Virus record (IMG/VR): IMGVR_UViG_2675903509_000012 | DNA: 8,824 nt | Strand: one strand, 5' to 3' | DNA from: a virus | Lineage: Duplodnaviria > Heunggongvirae > Uroviricota > Caudoviricetes | Part shown: piece by piece, positions 7,591 through 8,824 of the stretch | How the letters are laid out: every line of letters begins with the position of its first letter | Position numbering within the stretch: the stretch's first letter is position 1 | The notes under the pieces: model-generated | The model's input: only the letters and a program-made list of their open reading frames with translations | Databases searched by the model: none | What the model was told of the DNA's origin: nothing | Position numbers and translations under genes: made by a program

Positions 7591-7612
7591 AGTGTCCACA
7601 TAGTGTCCACAC
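7591..7612 (-). repeat. Tandem direct repeat, candidate Int arm-type binding sites
   Basis: GTGTCCACA-TA-GTGTCCACA on + strand (TGTGGACAC twice on - strand, 11 bp centre to centre), starting 14 bp after the int stop. This matches the P2 Int arm-site consensus TGTGGACA as I recall it. Confidence 0.45.
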
Positions 7613-7696
7613 TCAAGAAATTTTGAAACCACTCCAAACCCTTACAGCTTTCGATAAGTGACTGTTTTTACTTTTGATTGCATGTAAGTAATTGAT

Positions 7697-7723
7697 AAAA
7701 AAAACCCCCACATCATGTGGGGG
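7697..7723 (-). terminator. Rho-independent terminator of cpxP
   Basis: GC-rich hairpin (CCCCCAC / GTGGGGG arms, 5-nt loop) at 7705-7723, followed on the - strand by a run of eight U (complement of the A-run 7697-7704), about 40 bp after the cpxP stop. Confidence 0.7.
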
Positions 7724-7763
7724 AAGACAGGGATGGTGTCTATGGCAAGGAAAACAGGGTTTA

Positions 7764-8264
7764 CTACTGGGAACGTGAGTTGCTACTACTCAATAGCTTC
7801 AACGATGAACTTTTTTGCCATTGCGTCACGTCACGCAACTGCTCCATTCGTTGTTGATGTTTCTCGTTTAAAACCGCTTGCTGCTCCGGCGTTAACAGGC
7901 GATACATTTGGTTGCGGACTTTTGCCATCTCAACCTGACGAGCAATTTGCTCATTCGCCATTTTTTCTGCCTGTGCGCGCACAGCGTTTTCATCAAAATT
8001 TTCTGCGGTGACAAGGCGATGCATTGTCTCCAGTTCGCTAACATTAACAGGAGGCTGTTCGTGCCGGGCCTGTTGCATAAGATCTCGCATCTGCTGACGC
8101 TGATGTTCGGTTAAACTTATGCCGTCGAACATATGGCTCTGCGTACTGCGCTGCGTAAGTTCTTCACCCGGATGCCAGTTATCGCCTGAACCGACTTCAG
8201 CAGCGTGGCTTAATGAACTGACTGCCAGCGTTGAGGCCATGACGGCAGCGGTAACTATGCGCAT
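7764..8264 (-). CDS. cpxP: Periplasmic Cpx-pathway adaptor/inhibitor CpxP
   Basis: Translation matches E. coli CpxP as I recall it ([21 protein letters not shown] signal peptide, [15 protein letters not shown]). The ATG at 8264 has better SD spacing (GGGAG) than the listed 8267. Confidence 0.93.
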
Positions 8265-8342
8265 CATTTGCTCCCAAAATCTTTCTGTCGCGATTCAACG
8301 ATAGAGAGTTTACGATTCAGGCTGCAAACATGCGTCAGGGGG

Positions 8343-8357
8343 TGTAAAACAACGTAA
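8343..8357. promoter_or_regulatory. CpxR binding box in the cpxP-cpxR divergent promoter region
   Basis: GTAAA-ACAAC-GTAAA fits the CpxR consensus GTAAA(N5)GTAAA, in the expected position upstream of cpxP. Confidence 0.7.
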
Positions 8358-8413
8358 AGTCATGGATTAGCGACGTCTGATGACGTAATTTCTGCCTCGG
8401 AGGTATTTAAACA

Positions 8414-8530
8414 ATGAATAAAATCCTGTTAGTTGATGATGACCGAGAGCTGACTTCCCTATTAAAGGAGCTGCTCGAGATGGAAGGCTTCAACGTGATT
8501 GTTGCCCACGATTCTGTGCGTATGGTTTAG
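8414..8530 (+). pseudogene. cpxR: cpxR 5' fragment: first 33 codons intact, then unrelated sequence and a stop after 5 more codons
   Basis: MNKILLVDDDRELTSLLKELLEMEGFNVIVAHD matches the CpxR N-terminus, with SD GGAGG upstream. After codon 33 (about 8512) the frame reads SVRMV-stop instead of GEQALDLL. Confidence 0.75.
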
Positions 8531-8667
8531 CCTCTAACCTTTACCGCTTTACGCCACCGCAAGCCAAATACATTGATATACAGCCCGGTCATAATGAGCA
8601 CCGCACCTAAAAATTGCAGACCCGTTAAGCGTTCATCCAACAATAGTGCCGCACTTGCCAGTCCTGG
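8527..8667 (-). pseudogene. Orphan C-terminal fragment resembling a membrane transporter (EamA/DMT-like), no start codon
   Basis: The - strand encodes ...PGLASAALLLDERLTGLQFLGAVLIMTGLYINVFGLRWRKAVKVRG-stop, a hydrophobic helix plus basic tail typical of a transporter C-terminus. The frame is closed by a stop about 54 codons upstream with no Met. Family assignment is a guess. Confidence 0.35.
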
Positions 8668-8824
8668 CGATATGTGGCGTGTTAGTCCAGCTGTGGACTT
8701 TTGGTTCGCTACCTATTATCGCGCTGGGGCTGGCATTTAGTTTTGCCTTCTACGGCCTGGTGCGCAAGAAGATTGCGGTAGAAGCACAAACCGGCATGTT
8801 AATTGAAACCATGTGGCTGCTGCC
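8664..8824 (+). pseudogene. rarD: Internal fragment of rarD-like permease, no 5' end, runs off the right edge
   Basis: Translation LAICGVLVQLWTFGSLPIIALGLAFSFAFYGLVRKKIAVEAQTGMLIETMWLL matches the middle of E. coli RarD as I recall it. Upstream of about 8664 the same frame reads unrelated sequence (IVPHLPV) and has no start codon. Confidence 0.6.

Larger units (their letters stand above)
1..7704. mobile_element. P2-like prophage, int-proximal arm; left end lies beyond the window, right boundary approximate (between about 7613 and 7704)
   Basis: Contiguous P2 gene order (int, C, cox, B, small ORFs, A) plus cargo in the orf91/tin/old position. Host cpxP begins at 7764. Confidence 0.85.

Noticed and set aside
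6640-7632. Four - strand ORFs (6640..6837, 6997..7209, 7043..7327, 7429..7632)
   Set aside because: All antisense within or overlapping int, which has the tyrosine-recombinase catalytic motifs.
7578-7763. Canonical P2 attP core or a tRNA gene as integration target
   Set aside because: I find no match to the P2 core as I recall it and no tRNA-like cloverleaf; the site appears to be an intergenic or terminator-proximal target.
7715-8304. + strand ORFs 7715..8011, 7908..8114 and 8119..8304
   Set aside because: Antisense to cpxP or inside its promoter region; cpxP identity is secure.
1-8824. CRISPR arrays, rRNA or tRNA genes, IS elements or transposase genes
   Set aside because: No spaced direct-repeat arrays, no transposase-like ORFs and no terminal inverted repeats were seen, including at the anomalous junctions near 8512 and 8664.

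Overview
Most of this window (about 1 to 7700) is the integrase-proximal arm of a P2-like temperate prophage, followed by Escherichia-type host DNA (cpxP and a truncated cpxR). All calls rest on reading the six-frame translations and motifs by eye and on recalled family knowledge; no searches were run. On the + strand the prophage carries a C-type immunity repressor and a tyrosine integrase. The early operon runs on the - strand: cox-like, a small ORF, replication gene B, four translationally coupled small ORFs (one a TraR/DksA-type zinc finger) and the replication initiator A. Downstream of A, where P2 carries orf91/tin/old, sits AT-rich cargo: a DNA cytosine-5 methyltransferase converging tail-to-tail on a gene of unknown function that runs off the left edge. 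This cargo pair is the best candidate for an undescribed system, most simply a Type II restriction-modification pair. The right end is anomalous: cpxR breaks off after 33 codons and is followed by an inverted transporter-like fragment and an internal rarD fragment, suggesting a rearrangement or assembly chimera. No tRNA, rRNA, CRISPR array or IS element was seen.
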